Below, piece after piece: positions 10,121-22,693 of a stretch of DNA of 58,575 bases. Position 1 is the first letter of the stretch, and the number at the start of each line of letters is the position of its first letter. Position numbers and translations under genes: made by a program. Origin of the DNA: Candidatus Altiarchaeota archaeon (GTDB lineage Archaea > Altiarchaeota > Altiarchaeia > IMC4 > QMZM01); NCBI GenBank assembly GCA_030609775.1, contig JAUWTD010000001.1, positions 1-58,575 on the forward strand, given 5' to 3'. Under the pieces are notes generated by a model that was given only the letters and a program-made list of their open reading frames with translations, did no database searches and was not told where the DNA came from.

Positions 10121-10812
10121 ATCTGGTGGCTATTATATTTTTCATTTCAAAACTTAAATATCTGATAAATCCCCTCTTGAAATGTTTTCATGCGTCTTCG
10201 GTTAAGTCTCTGAGGTTGTTTTCAGCAACTTGGGTTTAGGATTGGAATGTATGTCTTTTATCGGGAATTTACCTGTTCAGGTATAATTTTAACTGGAAAA
10301 TCAACAGTTTTAAGCGCATCGAAATAGCATAACACATATATTGGTCAACGGAGGTGGAAACCGCATTTAAGCACTCATGCACCACACAAGCCGTACCCTT
10401 AATCGAAGACCAATGAATCCCATTCATATGTATTTACACTCCAAATCAAAATTGTAAGTAATCAGGTAGGATAGCACAGTTATTTATTTATTTTAGACTA
10501 ATTCTAAATAGGATACATGTGAACATGTGGTCAAAATGTCAACAGATTATAAACCTTGACCAGATATCAGAGAAAATAGACACATGCGTAAAAAGATTTC
10601 GGCATAATATTAGCTGCTTTCAATTACACAATACACCCAATACGGACCAGCATACAGTTCGTCAGCTACAGGAATCGTAAAGAATTCTGCAGCAACATGA
10701 AAACTAAGCTATATTACACAGGATAAATAATGCCAAAAAAGAAGAGGGGACATATAAAAACAATTACAGTCACCGCGTGCAGATTTAGCTATAAGCCAAA
10801 CAAAAAAAAAGA

Positions 10813-12692
<1,880 letters not shown>

Positions 12693-12695
12693 CTT

Positions 12696-13325
12696 TTAAG
12701 TCTCTATTGTAGAATCAGGCTTAGGCTGACACTCCAACAAACCCTCAACACAAACCTCATAACGTTCACAACGATCCTCAATCGCCAACCTCTCCCTTGT
12801 CTTACACATAGCATCCACCGTCCCAGAATCAGCACAATAAGGTATGACTGTAACCCGCTCAACAAAAGAAAAACCCTCACGAAAATCCACACTACATCTA
12901 TACGAAATATTCACATCACCACACATCCCAGTTACACACTCACCAAGAAGAGTTGTAGAGGTAGTGGTTGTTGTAGATGTAGTGGTTGTTGTAGATGTAG
13001 TGGTTGTCGCATCCGAACAAAAACCATCCTCACACCTCATACCCATATTCCTACAGCTCACAGCCTCAGAAACAACAAAATTACCTTCACCGCAAAATAC
13101 CTCAATTAACTGATCAGAGTTCAGACAATAATCCTCTTCAGAAACAGACACACCCTCACTAGAAAACCCGGAGACAAAACCCTTAACAAGATAATCCCTG
13201 CCAAAATCAGAGTCACTGCACAAAAGAGTCGAAGACGAAGTCGTCGTAGATGAAACACCCTCATCCTGATCCACACAACCACAAAAAACCAAGACAACAC
13301 AAAATAAAACCAAGAACCGATACAT
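12696..13325 (-). CDS. Cys-rich lipoprotein with Thr/Ser stalks
   Basis: Lipobox-like FCGC; CSDSD.G.DY..KG module; poly-Thr tracts. Confidence 0.75.
   Translation of the reverse strand: MYRFLVLFCVVLVFCGCVDQDEGVSSTTTSSSTLLCSDSDFGRDYLVKGFVSGFSSEGVSVSEEDYCLNSDQLIEVFCGEGNFVVSEAVSCRNMGMRCEDGFCSDATTTTSTTTTTSTTTTTSTTLLGECVTGMCGDVNISYRCSVDFREGFSFVERVTVIPYCADSGTVDAMCKTRERLAIEDRCERYEVCVEGLLECQPKPDSTIET
12952..13005. repeat. 18-bp tandem repeat x3 (encodes TTTSTT)
   Basis: gttgtaga(g/t)gtagtggtt three times. Confidence 0.8.
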
Positions 13326-13390
13326 AAAAAGATATACGAAACCAAGAAATAAAAGATATTACATATATATCTTATATATTTAAAAAAACA

Positions 13391-14812
13391 ATGAATGATA
13401 TAGTGGACTACAAACAGATAGAATGGAGTCGATACATGATAGCAGCAGCATTTATAGCAACACTATTTCTCAGCTCATGCTGCATTGAAATACCCCAGAT
13501 ACCTCCAATATTTGGAGAAAAAACAACAACCACACACGTAACCACAACCACGGAAATATCTGCAACCACAACAACCATAATCCAGTCAACAGACACCAGT
13601 ACAACAAGCCTCCGGCCACTCCCAACGACAACAACTACCATATATGATACCACGTACCATCCTACATTGGTTTCACTCGCACTAACAACCTACGACTATC
13701 ATGCATATGAGAATCCTGAGGTAAAAATACATGCAGAATACATTACCGAAGGCTGCGAAGATGATGAATGCAGACTATTTAGGATACATGAATATGCAAT
13801 CGACAACTTCTATTACAGAAAAAACGAAACCCAGGAAGACACCGAATGGCGGCCAGACACTGTAGGGGAATTATTAACCAAAAGATATGGCATGTGCACC
13901 CATTTCGCAGCATACTACTACAACTACCTTAAATCACTTGGCATAGAAGCACACGTAGTCCTCGTACCTGAGCACACATACACCTTATCTTGCAACCCCA
14001 ACATAACAAGACTACAAAGATACATAGAAAATGACTCCGACTTTAAAGAATATGTAAAAGACCATATCTTCCCAAGCTTCGAATTTGATATGAACGGTGC
14101 ATTCGACAAAACATGCATCCACCTAGAAGGACCAAGCGCCACAAAAGGTGCATACAGGTACCCTGGAGAATACTACGAGGAAACAAAATTTGTTGAAAAC
14201 CAAAACTACTTTATCAACCCAGAAACCGGAGACTGGGAATTCTTCAATAAAACAGACGTCAAAATAGAAGAACCCAGAGCACTCCTCCAACGCAACTACT
14301 TCTTTGAGATGGGAGAAAACAGCCGGATAACCTGGAAGATGGTAAAAACCAAGAAAAGAATCGACGGAGGATTAGACTACGACTTCGCAGCTAAAGACGT
14401 GAAGATGTCAACAAGATACGGGTACGCAACATTCACAATGCCCGAGTTAACCCGATTCGACAGGGTAAGAGTCAACATAACAATCAAGTCAACCAACCCC
14501 CTCTTATTTTACACACTACAGGAGATAAACCAACTCGACAACTTCATATATTTCATAGAAAACAGATACGCCTCAATAAAAGATTGCGAAGAAAAAACCG
14601 ACTGGTGGAGAATAGATGAAATACCAAGAACAGGAAGCCACTCATACGAATTTGATTACATACGATCCTGTAGCCACGCAGAAAGCGTAACATACTTAAG
14701 CAAAGAATGTTTAATTCCAGACGCAGGGAGAAGAATCTATGTCATCCACAATGAAGGACTATTTAAGACAAACCAAGTCAACATCAGCATAAAATACCTG
14801 GAATTCTTATAG
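13391..14812 (+). CDS. Lipoprotein with Thr-rich linker and transglutaminase-like domain
   Basis: LSSCC lipobox-like; GMCTHFA (Cys), EHTY (His), HLEG (acidic). Confidence 0.7.
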   Translation: MNDIVDYKQIEWSRYMIAAAFIATLFLSSCCIEIPQIPPIFGEKTTTTHVTTTTEISATTTTIIQSTDTSTTSLRPLPTTTTTIYDTTYHPTLVSLALTTYDYHAYENPEVKIHAEYITEGCEDDECRLFRIHEYAIDNFYYRKNETQEDTEWRPDTVGELLTKRYGMCTHFAAYYYNYLKSLGIEAHVVLVPEHTYTLSCNPNITRLQRYIENDSDFKEYVKDHIFPSFEFDMNGAFDKTCIHLEGPSATKGAYRYPGEYYEETKFVENQNYFINPETGDWEFFNKTDVKIEEPRALLQRNYFFEMGENSRITWKMVKTKKRIDGGLDYDFAAKDVKMSTRYGYATFTMPELTRFDRVRVNITIKSTNPLLFYTLQEINQLDNFIYFIENRYASIKDCEEKTDWWRIDEIPRTGSHSYEFDYIRSCSHAESVTYLSKECLIPDAGRRIYVIHNEGLFKTNQVNISIKYLEFL

Positions 14813-15607
14813 ATTCAATTCAACTACTTCAGGCATCATCCTCTTATGCTTGCTGCCATCTACACGGGAACATATGCTCCTTACAAGATCTATGCTAAGA
14901 TCTAATTCAATTGCTGTTTTCTCTACAGAATAATTGCACTCAGAAAGAAGATACAGTATCTTATCTATGAGATCATAGACAACTCCAAGCTCACCTTCAT
15001 CAGTCTGACCCTTCCATAACCCTGCAGAAGGCTTCTTCTCAATAATACTTTCAGGCACACCAAGATACTTAGCAAGCTGCCTCACCTGAGTCTTATATAA
15101 GTCACCGATTGGCTCAAAGTCACAGCCCCCATCCCCAAACTTAGTCAAATAACCCAAGAGAAGCTCAGTCTTATTGCTCGTACCTAAAACAAGCCTACCT
15201 TCAAGATTCGCCAAAAGATAATTAAACACCATCCTCACACGAGGCTTAATGTTCGCAAGCGAAAGTTTTTTATCCCCCTCATCGAATTCAACCCATGGAA
15301 ACCCCTTCTTTACAGAGTTTGCGACTTCATCAATCTCAATTATAGAATAGTTAACACCCAGAGAACAAGATAAATCAATTGCATCCCGGATATCCACTTG
15401 CTCAGTCACATCCACCTCAGGCATAATCAAAACATGCGAGTCCACAACAGCAGATGCAAGCTTCAAAACCACAGCAGAATCAATGCCGCCACTCAATGCA
15501 ACAACCACTCCCTTAGCGTGGCTTACATCTACAAAAGACAATATAGCAGACTCAATTGTTTCCTTACAGTACTTCAACTGATCACGCGTAAGATCCATTT
15601 TTCCCAT
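14807..15607 (-). CDS. nadE: NH3-dependent NAD+ synthetase
   Basis: SGGIDS, NIKPRVRM, GTSNKTE..LGY.TKFGDG, KKPSAGLW.GQTDE. Confidence 0.95.
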   Translation of the reverse strand: MGKMDLTRDQLKYCKETIESAILSFVDVSHAKGVVVALSGGIDSAVVLKLASAVVDSHVLIMPEVDVTEQVDIRDAIDLSCSLGVNYSIIEIDEVANSVKKGFPWVEFDEGDKKLSLANIKPRVRMVFNYLLANLEGRLVLGTSNKTELLLGYLTKFGDGGCDFEPIGDLYKTQVRQLAKYLGVPESIIEKKPSAGLWKGQTDEGELGVVYDLIDKILYLLSECNYSVEKTAIELDLSIDLVRSICSRVDGSKHKRMMPEVVELNL

Positions 15608-15608
15608 T

Positions 15609-16028
15609 TCATTCTCCTAAAACCTGTAAAACAATCTCTCTTTGCCTATGAGAGGTGTCAAGGTTTATGACAATAATCTGCTGCCAAGTCCCGATAACGA
15701 GTTTCCCGCCGACAAACGGAACAACAAGAGACGTACCAATCAAGGTAGAGCGAATATGACCTCTGCCGTTGTCATCATGCCAGGTCTTATGGTGTTCATA
15801 ATCTATGCCAGAGGGAGCAAGTCGCTCCAATGCAGGTATAATATCCTTTTTGAGACCTGGCTCATATTCAATAGTTGAGATTGCACCAGTCGAGCCAACA
15901 GAAAAAACAGTTACAATCCCTTCAGATAGACCTGTTGCAGAGACAAACTCTTGAACTATCCCGGATATGTCGGCCATATCCCCATCTGCTGCAAGATCTA
16001 CAAAAATCCTCTTGGTTTCCACAGTCAT
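15609..16028 (-). CDS. yjbQ: YjbQ/UPF0047 family protein
   Basis: EYEPGL, YEHH...DDNG.GH, GTWQQI; start moved to ATG 16028, which removes the overlap with aroK. Confidence 0.88.
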   Translation of the reverse strand: MTVETKRIFVDLAADGDMADISGIVQEFVSATGLSEGIVTVFSVGSTGAISTIEYEPGLKKDIIPALERLAPSGIDYEHHKTWHDDNGRGHIRSTLIGTSLVVPFVGGKLVIGTWQQIIVINLDTSHRQREIVLQVLGE

Positions 16029-16029
16029 T

Positions 16030-16896
16030 TTATAACACCTTTGCACACTTATTGTTTGTGTTAGCTTCAATAATACGCCCGTCAAACCCCTCCCACGAAA
16101 CCTTAAGTGCCTCAATATCATCCTCTACCAATGCAGCGACCGCAGGACCCGTACCACACAAACCAGCCGCAAGGGCACCAGCCTCAAGAGCAGCTAACGC
16201 AATGCTTGGATCCTGATTCAGGGTTGATGAATACAGCACACCATTAAGATTCATTGCAGAATAAATATTTCCCTTCAACGCCTCACCCCACGCAACACTT
16301 ACTTCATTTGCAAGAAGCTTCACCCGATCCACGTCGACTCCTGCAGTATAGGTCTTTTGTTCAGGAACAAATAAAAGAACCTTACAAGACTCCATCCTAC
16401 CTGATTTAAGAATTATCCTCTTAGTATTATCTGTTACCACAAAACCCCCAAGGTAAGAGGCTGACGCATCATCAAATGCACCCGTTATCGTAACACCTGC
16501 CTTAACTGCTGCATTAACACCCAACCCAATCAACTCCAAATCACCGGGCTTACAGAATTCAGGATGCTCTTTAAGAACAGCATCAACAGTTTCAAGAACA
16601 ACCGCATTCGCTGCCGCACTACTACTCTTAAGACCCCTTGCAACAGGAATATTGCTTTGGGTCTCAATATTTATGCCGTAGTCAACGCCAAAATAGTTAA
16701 ATACCTCACTAGAACACAATTCAATAAGGCGAGTATCTTCACCTGCAAAATCCTTAATCTGTGCATGCACCACACCCGAATCATTCAACTCAACTGACGC
16801 CTTCGTCTCCAAATCTATGCCAAACGCCGCACCCTTCCCGGTTGCTATCGCATTAACTATCGTCGCCGCACCATAGCTTACTGCCTTAGACTTCAT
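16030..16896 (-). CDS. aroK: Archaeal shikimate kinase (GHMP family)
   Basis: GAATIVNAIATGKG.A, P.ARGLKSSSA, ITGAFDDA, GL.GTGP. Confidence 0.93.
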   Translation of the reverse strand: MKSKAVSYGAATIVNAIATGKGAAFGIDLETKASVELNDSGVVHAQIKDFAGEDTRLIELCSSEVFNYFGVDYGINIETQSNIPVARGLKSSSAAANAVVLETVDAVLKEHPEFCKPGDLELIGLGVNAAVKAGVTITGAFDDASASYLGGFVVTDNTKRIILKSGRMESCKVLLFVPEQKTYTAGVDVDRVKLLANEVSVAWGEALKGNIYSAMNLNGVLYSSTLNQDPSIALAALEAGALAAGLCGTGPAVAALVEDDIEALKVSWEGFDGRIIEANTNNKCAKVL

Positions 16897-18470
16897 TCAT
16901 CTTCACCAATACGCATAATCTTCTTTAATACTTTCAGTTCATCCTCAAGCGCTTTATCCTTATCTTTTCTTCTCATAATCTCTTTCTCTTTTTCAATGAT
17001 CTCTTTTTCTATTTCAACAACCTCATGCCCGAAATACTTAACAAAACAACCGATTAACGCAAGGATAGGGAATATCTCCAACCTACCGGCAATCATCTGA
17101 AATATTAAAACTAGCTTAACTATTAGAGATTGAGACATGATATCTATCGTAGAAAAACCCACATTACCTTGAGCCGAAACCGAAAGAAGAAGCGCATCCT
17201 GCAACTCTACACCACCATCGGCGCCCACACCCCAGGCTATAATAGAAAACGTACCGAAGAGAATCAACACAACATATATAAAAAAGAATAACGCAATGTT
17301 TCGCAACTCCTCACCCGAGAACACATTCTTTCCAACCTTGAAGGGAAAAACCGCCGACTCAGGGAGAGACAACTTCTTTATAAACCATCGAATCGCCCCG
17401 GATAACACACCCACACGAATTAGCTTCAACCCCCCGGCAGTTGACCCGGCTCCTCCGCCAACCAACATCAAGATGATTACGAGAAAAATCTCAGAACCAT
17501 GAAGACCATCCAGAATACCCAAGTGGTAGCCTCCAGTAGTAATCGAGGCTATAATGAGGATTATATTCCTATGCAATGAATCCAAAAAATTCCCTCCATT
17601 AGTTAAGGAAGCTGCCATAAAGAAGATAAGGGAAAAAAACATAATCCAGCAACCGAATCTAATCTCAAGATGACCAAAAAACTTCTTAAGATTCCCTGAA
17701 AGCAACACATAATCAAGTGTGAAAGGGATCGCCGCCAAGATAAGGAAAACAAGGATCACAATCTCGGCTAAAGGGGTTATGTTAATGCCCCCGACAAGCG
17801 AAATAAAACCACCCGTAGAAAGGACACTCATCATCGTAGACAGAGCATAAAGAGGAGACATATCAAACAACCATAAAAGGATTGCACCGGTAAAAGTATA
17901 GAAAAGATATATCCTCAAAATAATCTTTGTCGTATGATCAATACTGGGCACAATCCTTTCACCACCCTCCACCCGGTAAAGAAACACAGTTGACATACCA
18001 CCCCGCGCAAGAAGAGAGAGAAAGATAACAATGATACCAAGCCCACCAGTCCACTCCATCAGTGTTCTTGAGAATACAAAACTATGCCGATATGACGGAG
18101 AATCAGGACTCAACTGCTCTTGAGAAAAAACAGTCAAACCAGAGGTAGTATAACCTGAAACACCCTCAAAGTAGCCATTCACCATAACCTCAAAAAAGCC
18201 CCCCTCAAACATCTGGAAAAACGGTATAACACCAATAAGAGGGAGTATGAGCATACTCAACGCAATAAGAAACATAGCACCCCTAAAATCCAGATGCTCC
18301 CTTGGATGATGCATAAAAACCATGCCAACAGACCAAAAGACAATAATCCTAATAACAAGCATCAAGATAGGCTCATGATAATACAGTGCCACAGGTACAG
18401 GTAAAAAAGACAATACCCCGCTGACAACAAGAAACACTCCAAGGTACCAGGATACCTTCCGTATATCCAT
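16893..18470 (-). CDS. trkH: TrkH-type potassium uptake membrane subunit
   Basis: Four pore loops (TTSG, STGG, TTGG, GNVG), GSTAGGLK..R, GRLEI; start set to ATG 18470. Confidence 0.9.
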   Translation of the reverse strand: MDIRKVSWYLGVFLVVSGVLSFLPVPVALYYHEPILMLVIRIIVFWSVGMVFMHHPREHLDFRGAMFLIALSMLILPLIGVIPFFQMFEGGFFEVMVNGYFEGVSGYTTSGLTVFSQEQLSPDSPSYRHSFVFSRTLMEWTGGLGIIVIFLSLLARGGMSTVFLYRVEGGERIVPSIDHTTKIILRIYLFYTFTGAILLWLFDMSPLYALSTMMSVLSTGGFISLVGGINITPLAEIVILVFLILAAIPFTLDYVLLSGNLKKFFGHLEIRFGCWIMFFSLIFFMAASLTNGGNFLDSLHRNIILIIASITTGGYHLGILDGLHGSEIFLVIILMLVGGGAGSTAGGLKLIRVGVLSGAIRWFIKKLSLPESAVFPFKVGKNVFSGEELRNIALFFFIYVVLILFGTFSIIAWGVGADGGVELQDALLLSVSAQGNVGFSTIDIMSQSLIVKLVLIFQMIAGRLEIFPILALIGCFVKYFGHEVVEIEKEIIEKEKEIMRRKDKDKALEDELKVLKKIMRIGEDE

Positions 18471-18513
18471 CTTTAAAAATAATGGAATAGTATTAAATAA
18501 CCTTAAGATCTTT

Positions 18514-19884
18514 TTACAGTCGACCCTTAAGAAGACCAATGACTGTTTTAATGTCCGCCCTCCCCTGCATCCTTTGCATCACATGACCTATCAGAAAATT
18601 CAGTGCCTCATCCCCCCCATTCTGATAGTCCTGGGCTGCTCCAGGATTCTTTTTGATAACATCCTCAATAACAGAAGATAACTTATCAACTGCATGGACC
18701 ATACCTAAACCCTCATCAGTAACCACCTTCAGGGGACTCTCCCCTGAGTCAATAACCCTCTCAATTAGTTTCTTACCCGTACCTTGAGTTATCTTACCAG
18801 CATTAACAAGATCCAATACCTCTACCAGAATCCAGGAATCAAGCTTTGACTCAGAAAGCTCCACCCCACGATAATTCAACTGCCCGAGAACCTCCCGGCA
18901 AATCCAGTTAGCAGCCATCAGAGGATCAATCTTATCTGCAACAGCCTCAAACAGATCAGCTATATTCTTATCCTTCACAAGAATATCTGAATACTTATCA
19001 GGCAATGCATACTTCACCTTAAGCCTTTTTTTACGTATCTGCGGAGTCTCAGGTAAAGGCACTGCAGTGATGAATGCACCCTCAAAGAACAGAGGGGGAA
19101 TATCAGGATCAGGGATATAACAGTAGTCTTCTGCAGACTCTTTAACCCGCATAGGTGTCGTCACCATAGATTTTTCGTTGAAACCACGAGTCTCCTGGAT
19201 CACAACCGCCCCCCGCTTACACATATGCTTTTGACGTATGACCTCATATTTTATGGCCTTATACGCACCCCGAATAGAGTTGATATTCTTGATCTCAACC
19301 TTTGCACCACCCTCAATAGAAATATTCACATCCATCCGGATAACCCCGCCAACATCAACAATACGTTCAGTATACCGTAAAAGATTCAACAAATCTTTTA
19401 AGAAACTGCGCACAGCCTCAGGAGACTTTAAATCAGGAGCGGTAACGATTTCAACCAAAGGAACACCTGAACGATTATAGTCAACCCTACCAGATAATAA
19501 ATCATATCTGCCAGGATCTTCTTCAAGATGAATCTCCCAGATACCCACACCAGAAAAACTGCCATCAACCCCGAAAGGCTCCGATGTCCTCTGGTAACCC
19601 GAAGGCAGATCAGGGTAATTATAGTGTTTCCTTTTAACAAAAATATTTTTAGAGCCTATACTACAATCCAACAAACGCGTTATCATTAAAGCAGACTCAA
19701 TTGCAAGACCATTCACCGGAAAAGTCTTTGCACCAGGCATCCCAGTACAAATTGGACAAATATTTATATTCGGCTGATCTGTTTCATAATAGTTTGTAAA
19801 GCAATCACAAAAAAGCTTCTGCTTTGTTTTCAAAGGAACATGAATTTCCAGGCCAATCAATACATTAGGTTCCACTCCACTCAT
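18514..19884 (-). CDS. gatB: Asp/Glu-tRNA amidotransferase subunit B
   Basis: IGLEIH, KLFC, CPICTG.PG, RKHY.YPDLP, LEEDPG, DYNRSG.PL.EIVT, EIKN.NS. Confidence 0.95.
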   Translation of the reverse strand: MSGVEPNVLIGLEIHVPLKTKQKLFCDCFTNYYETDQPNINICPICTGMPGAKTFPVNGLAIESALMITRLLDCSIGSKNIFVKRKHYNYPDLPSGYQRTSEPFGVDGSFSGVGIWEIHLEEDPGRYDLLSGRVDYNRSGVPLVEIVTAPDLKSPEAVRSFLKDLLNLLRYTERIVDVGGVIRMDVNISIEGGAKVEIKNINSIRGAYKAIKYEVIRQKHMCKRGAVVIQETRGFNEKSMVTTPMRVKESAEDYCYIPDPDIPPLFFEGAFITAVPLPETPQIRKKRLKVKYALPDKYSDILVKDKNIADLFEAVADKIDPLMAANWICREVLGQLNYRGVELSESKLDSWILVEVLDLVNAGKITQGTGKKLIERVIDSGESPLKVVTDEGLGMVHAVDKLSSVIEDVIKKNPGAAQDYQNGGDEALNFLIGHVMQRMQGRADIKTVIGLLKGRL

Positions 19885-19949
19885 TTTAATTTATTGGATA
19901 CATATAGATTTAACACCCATTAGATTATATCTTCGAAATAAAACAATAA

Positions 19950-20933
19950 ATGCTAAAAATGAATCTACTCTTCAACCTATCAGGGGAACACCCCCTACTT
20001 CCAAAAGCAGAAATATTCGCAACACTCGAAGGAGAAGACATAGCTTATACTATATCTTCTGAGAACATACAAGAAAGAATCATAATCATGGAAGTAGAAA
20101 CAGAAAACCCAGAATTCATAAACCGACTGGCTATGACAAAAAAAGTCGGCGAATTCATAGGCACCTCCAAAAACTTTGAAGAAATTGCACAAAAAATCCA
20201 AAAAAAACTAATAAACGGAAGCTTTGCAATCGGAAACGGATCACAGAGCATTAGAGAAAACCTGGGAAAAGAGATCTGGAAACTCGGATACGGAGTCGAC
20301 TTACTTAACCCGAAATCAAGCATCCTATGCTTTAAGGATGGAAAAATAGGATATGACATAGCAATTGAAACACCCCTCAAAAGAGACTTCAATGAAAGAA
20401 GACCACATAAAAGACCCTGCTTTCATCCAACCTCCATTGACCCTAAGATTGCAAGAGTGCTTGTGAACCTGGCAAGGATTAAAAAAGGAGACACAATACT
20501 CGACCCATTCTGCGGCACAGGAGGAATACTGATCGAAGCAGCTTTAATAGGTATGATAACACTTGGCTGCGACATCTCAGAGGAAATGGTTGAAGGCTGC
20601 ATAAAAAACATGAGAAACTATAACCTAGATTGCAAGATAATAAAATGCGACGCAATGAACATAGACAGAATAGATGATGAACTCGACGCAATAATAACCG
20701 ACCCACCATACGGCAGATCATCATACATAACAGACAAAAACAAGGAAAGATTCTACTCAGAGTTCATTACTTCAGCCGCAAAAAAGCTTAACACAGGGAA
20801 ACATCTTATACTAACTATGTCGGACTCGATAAAATTAGACCTCAACAAAGAAGAATTCAAGCAAATAGAAGAATACACGATATATGTCCACAAAAGCTTA
20901 ACAAGAAGAATACATGTACTCAAAAGAATATAG
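19950..20933 (+). CDS. trmG10: tRNA (guanine(10)-N2)-methyltransferase (Trm11/TrmG10)
   Basis: LSGEHP.LP.AE, RP.FHP, LDPFCGTGG.LIEA, TDPPYG, VHKSLTR. Confidence 0.88.
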   Translation: MLKMNLLFNLSGEHPLLPKAEIFATLEGEDIAYTISSENIQERIIIMEVETENPEFINRLAMTKKVGEFIGTSKNFEEIAQKIQKKLINGSFAIGNGSQSIRENLGKEIWKLGYGVDLLNPKSSILCFKDGKIGYDIAIETPLKRDFNERRPHKRPCFHPTSIDPKIARVLVNLARIKKGDTILDPFCGTGGILIEAALIGMITLGCDISEEMVEGCIKNMRNYNLDCKIIKCDAMNIDRIDDELDAIITDPPYGRSSYITDKNKERFYSEFITSAAKKLNTGKHLILTMSDSIKLDLNKEEFKQIEEYTIYVHKSLTRRIHVLKRI

Positions 20934-20987
20934 AAAAAAATAGATTCTTTATTTTTCTTTGCATACAAATAATATAATTGATTTAAG

Positions 20988-22682
20988 ATGAAAGGTTCTG
21001 AAGCAATCATCCGATCCCTTGAAGAAGAAAACGTAAAGCATATCTTCGGGATTCAAGGCGGGGCGATTATGGAGGTCTACGACGTACTATACAACAACAA
21101 AAACATAAGACACATATTGATGAGGCATGAACAATGCGCAGCACACGCAGCTGAAGGCTACGCGAGAGCAAGTGGAAAAGTCGGCGTGTGTATGGCAACT
21201 TCAGGACCAGGCGCAACAAACCTAGTGACAGGTATTGCCGACGCACACATAGACTCAGTTCCCATTATTGCATTAACCGGGCAGGTTCCAGTCCACCTGA
21301 TAGGCAACGACGCCTTCCAGGAAGCAGACATCATAGGCATCACAATGCCGATAACAAAACACAGCTTCCAGATAACTGACCCAGACAAGATACCCTCAAC
21401 AATCAAGGCAGCCTTCAAGATAGCGTCAACAAGAAGACCCGGACCAGTTCTCATAGACCTACCCAAAGACATCCAACAAAGTAAACTAAAGAATAGATTC
21501 AAATACCCTGACGACGTGAAACTACCCGGATACAAGGTAGTGGAAAGCGGAGGACACCCACACCAGATAAATGAAATTGCAAAGACACTTATGAACGCAG
21601 AACGTCCAGTAATCATCGCAGGAGGAGGCACCATAATATCGAATGCAAGCAAAGAATTATACAAGCTTGCAGAATCACTAAATATTCCGGTTGCAACAAC
21701 ACTCATGGGCAAAAGCAGCTTCCCGGAAGACCACCCCCTCGCATTGGGAATGGTGGGAATGCATGGAAGAAAAACCGCCAACCTCATGGTTACAGAATCA
21801 GATATTTTATTCGTTATCGGAATGAGATTCTCTGACAGGGTTACATCCAACATAGAATGTTTTGCATCCAACGCAAAAATAATCCATGTAGACATCGATC
21901 CCTCAGAAATAGGGAAAAATATAAGCGTAGACATACCGGTTGTCGGAGATGCAAAACTAGTCCTCCAAAACCTCTTAAAAACCATAGACGTAGTGAAAAC
22001 AAAAAAGAAAACCCAATGGCACAACAAATTCAAAGCATTCAAAAAAGAATATGCGCCATTATACGACTACGACAACATCCCGATAAAACAACAAAGCGTG
22101 ATAAAGGAACTTAACAAAATCATCAACGACAAAACAATAATAACAACAGAGGTTGGGCAGTGCCAGATGTGGGCCGCACACTACCTAAACATGAAAAACC
22201 CAAGAACATTCATATCCTCAGGCGGATTAGGGACAATGGGCTTTGGCTTCCCTGCCGCAATCGGAGCAAAGGTTGCAAAACCAGACCATACAGTAATAGA
22301 CTTAGGCAGCGAAGGAAGCTTTATGATGACAGGACAGGAGCTTGCCACATGCATAGTCGAAGACATACCAGTCATAGCACTATTAATGAACAACAGATAC
22401 CTTGGAATGGTAAAACAATGGCAGGACCTCTTCTATGGAAAAAGAAGATCCCACACATACCTAGGCGAAGTACCTGACTTCACAAAATACGCCGAAGCAT
22501 TCAACGCAAAAGGAATAAAAGTAGAAAAACCCACAGAAATAAGATCAGCCCTTATTGAAGCAACAAAATCAGATAAAGCATGCATCATAGATATCATAGT
22601 AGATCCAGACGAACACATCTTACCAATGGTCAAACCAGGAGGCAGACTGGATAATATGATAGAATCCAACTACACCAAATAA
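20988..22682 (+). CDS. ilvB: Acetolactate synthase large subunit
   Basis: RHEQ.A.HAAEGYAR, TSGPGATN, DAFQEAD, SGGLGTMGFG.PAA.GA, NN..LGMV.QWQ. Confidence 0.95.
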   Translation: MKGSEAIIRSLEEENVKHIFGIQGGAIMEVYDVLYNNKNIRHILMRHEQCAAHAAEGYARASGKVGVCMATSGPGATNLVTGIADAHIDSVPIIALTGQVPVHLIGNDAFQEADIIGITMPITKHSFQITDPDKIPSTIKAAFKIASTRRPGPVLIDLPKDIQQSKLKNRFKYPDDVKLPGYKVVESGGHPHQINEIAKTLMNAERPVIIAGGGTIISNASKELYKLAESLNIPVATTLMGKSSFPEDHPLALGMVGMHGRKTANLMVTESDILFVIGMRFSDRVTSNIECFASNAKIIHVDIDPSEIGKNISVDIPVVGDAKLVLQNLLKTIDVVKTKKKTQWHNKFKAFKKEYAPLYDYDNIPIKQQSVIKELNKIINDKTIITTEVGQCQMWAAHYLNMKNPRTFISSGGLGTMGFGFPAAIGAKVAKPDHTVIDLGSEGSFMMTGQELATCIVEDIPVIALLMNNRYLGMVKQWQDLFYGKRRSHTYLGEVPDFTKYAEAFNAKGIKVEKPTEIRSALIEATKSDKACIIDIIVDPDEHILPMVKPGGRLDNMIESNYTK

Positions 22683-22693
22683 GCCATCAACCA

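Noticed and set aside
10200..10810. Possible decayed gene between hicA and galE
   Set aside because: Minus-strand frames give short protein-like stretches broken by stops; no recognisable family, so it cannot be supported.
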